The translations under genes and the position numbers were made by a program. Under the pieces are notes generated by a model. The model did not search any database and had not been told where the DNA came from. It saw only the letters and a program-made list of their open reading frames with translations. From positions 1-16,424 of the forward strand of contig JBMFLH010000040.1 in the NCBI GenBank assembly GCA_049971295.1: a stretch of DNA of 16,424 nt. The letters are read 5' to 3'. Origin of the DNA: Candidatus Ratteibacteria bacterium (GTDB lineage Bacteria; Ratteibacteria; UBA8468; B48-G9; DTJG01). This document shows positions 14,812 through 16,424 of this stretch, one piece after another; the first letter of the stretch is position 1, and every line of letters begins with the position of its first letter.

Positions 14812-16206
14812 TTATATTATGGTTTGTTCTGATTTACCCTGAAATCTAAAAGAAAGACCGTGCTCTGTCTTTTCCCAGAAGTGGGGTTTTGTAAATAACT
14901 GAAAAAATCCTTTCCATGCACCTGCGCTGATTAGCACCCAGTATAACGGAGATATCAATGTCTCTGGAATCAGGTATCTGTAAGAACGGCGAAGGCATCC
15001 CAGCACATTTAGCAAAACAAAAATTCCATTGCTTATCAGCAGTACCCATGTAATCAGATCTGCTGTTGGATAGAAAAACCCAGAAAGAAATTTTCCTTCA
15101 CTGCGTACAAACCACATTCCTGTGATAATCCAGTATACTGGATTGAAAAGAAGTGTAATAAAAAGTCCTGCCACAGTAAGTTGAAAGCTGAAAAAATTAA
15201 TCAGTCCCATTCTTTTGATAAGAAAATATGGTCTTCGCATGTGCACACACCATGTCTGAATATAGCCCTTCACCCATCGTGAACGCTGCCTCAACCAGTT
15301 AGAAAGTTTGCTGTTGGCTTCTTCCCATGTGGTGCTATCAAGAACGCGTGTTCTGTACCCTTCCCTGAAAAGCCGTATCCCAAGATCACAATCTTCAGCA
15401 ACATTATATGGATCCCATCCGCCGACCTTTTTCAGGTATTCAGTTTTGAAATGATTGGATGTACCACCAAGTGGAATGGGCGCATTCAATCCATCAAGCC
15501 CGGGCAGATACAGGTCAAACCACATTGAATATTCAGAAGTAAACCATCTTGTAATTAAGTTTTGCCTTGGATTGTAATAGTTCAATTTTGCCTGAAGACA
15601 TGCTATGGATTGGTCATCAATCCGTCTGAACGCAATGACACTTTTTTTCAACTGGTCAGCATCAGGAATATCCTCTGCATCATATATCACAAGATATTCT
15701 CCGGTTGCTCTGGAAAGCCCGATATTGCATGCCTTTGGTTTTGTCCTCGGAAAAGAATCAGGGACAATAACAATATCAAAAAAATATGGAATTTTCATTT
15801 TGCTTAATGCTTCCTGCATTGTTTGATCTGTTTGTTCAACAAGTAGTTTCACATCAAGTTTGTCCTGTGGATAATCAATTTGATTGATTGCCGTAATCAG
15901 TTGTGAAAGGATGTTTGTTTCTCTGAACACAGGAAGAAGAATTGTGTAGACAGGAAGAGAATTTTCGTCAAGATTTTGTATTTCAGAACTATCAACGATG
16001 ATTTCCTGTTTCTGCATAAATCCCACAAGCACCATAAAAAACTTGTAAAGAATTGTCACAAGGTAGAAGACGCTTATGAGAAGATTTACAGTAATAAAGA
16101 AGGTTTTTCCATAATAGACAGAACAGCACAAACACACACCAAGCAAAATAATTCCTGTGCGCTTCTGTCTCTGGTCAAGAGTGATTCTGGCATCGTCTAT
16201 CATCAT
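14812..16206 (-). CDS. membrane GT2 glycosyltransferase (cellulose-synthase-like D,DxD,D,QxxRW)
   Basis: YTILLP, PRTKPKACN, YDAED, GGTSNHF, AEDCDLG, QRSRW, WEKTEHG; N- and C-terminal TMs. The start is uncertain: ATG at 16206/16203 is preferred over the TTG at 16263. Confidence 0.9.
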   Translation of the reverse strand: MMIDDARITLDQRQKRTGIILLGVCLCCSVYYGKTFFITVNLLISVFYLVTILYKFFMVLVGFMQKQEIIVDSSEIQNLDENSLPVYTILLPVFRETNILSQLITAINQIDYPQDKLDVKLLVEQTDQTMQEALSKMKIPYFFDIVIVPDSFPRTKPKACNIGLSRATGEYLVIYDAEDIPDADQLKKSVIAFRRIDDQSIACLQAKLNYYNPRQNLITRWFTSEYSMWFDLYLPGLDGLNAPIPLGGTSNHFKTEYLKKVGGWDPYNVAEDCDLGIRLFREGYRTRVLDSTTWEEANSKLSNWLRQRSRWVKGYIQTWCVHMRRPYFLIKRMGLINFFSFQLTVAGLFITLLFNPVYWIITGMWFVRSEGKFLSGFFYPTADLITWVLLISNGIFVLLNVLGCLRRSYRYLIPETLISPLYWVLISAGAWKGFFQLFTKPHFWEKTEHGLSFRFQGKSEQTII

Positions 16207-16339
16207 TTTTGCTAAAAATTTTCTTTTATAATAACACAGTTTGCAAAAATTAGACGCAGACAATATATTTCAGGATTAAATTTTGATTTATCATGACTTT
16301 TCTGTCAAAAGTTGAAAAATTTTTCACACATCAATGTGG

Positions 16340-16368
16340 TTGACACCAGTATAATACAAATGTAAAAT
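16340..16368 (+). promoter_or_regulatory. probable sigma70 promoter for a gene beyond the window end
   Basis: TTGACA (16340-16345), 17 bp, TAAAAT (16363-16368). Confidence 0.65.
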
Positions 16369-16424
16369 GTAATAACCTAAAATCCCGCCTTTTTTAATAA
16401 CTATGTAAAGCAATCCACCGCAAT

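Noticed and set aside
1311..16215. Numerous 60-170 aa antisense or alternative-frame ORFs in the ORF track
   Set aside because: They lie within or across well-supported genes, have no motifs and are best explained as shadow ORFs.
16207..16263. N-terminal extension of the GT2 ORF from the TTG at 16263
   Set aside because: AT-rich, promoter-like sequence without an RBS; tandem ATGs at 16206/16203 are more plausible starts.

Overview
AT-rich bacterial chromosomal window, probably from an anaerobe. A PVC-superphylum/Omnitrophota-like origin is only a guess from gene content. From left to right: (1) the 3' end of a tRNA (probably Ser), followed by a GC-rich ~250-nt non-coding element closed by tRNA T-arm-like inverted repeats and built from duplicated hairpins with GA-N6/8-GA loops; (2) lepB plus an NTF2-like membrane protein; (3) an nrdR-nrdD operon with a consensus promoter and two NrdR boxes, where the class III ribonucleotide reductase is split and its glycyl-radical domain sits in a separate 105-aa gene; (4) a minus-strand four-gene operon behind a perfect TTGACA-17-TATAAT promoter: HAMP membrane protein, prepilin/DUF1559-like-FecR fusion, CHASE2-HD-GYP phosphodiesterase and MFS transporter; (5) thioredoxin and a radical SAM/SPASM enzyme; (6) ribulokinase, a frameshifted sialidase/BNR-repeat pseudogene, a YtaP-like hydrolase, a stand-alone tRNA-binding OB-fold protein and a convergent GT2 glycosyltransferase. 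The best candidates for undescribed biology are the tRNA-linked structured element, the split NrdD and the pilin-FecR/CHASE2-HD-GYP signalling operon. All family assignments come from motif recognition by eye; no searches were run.
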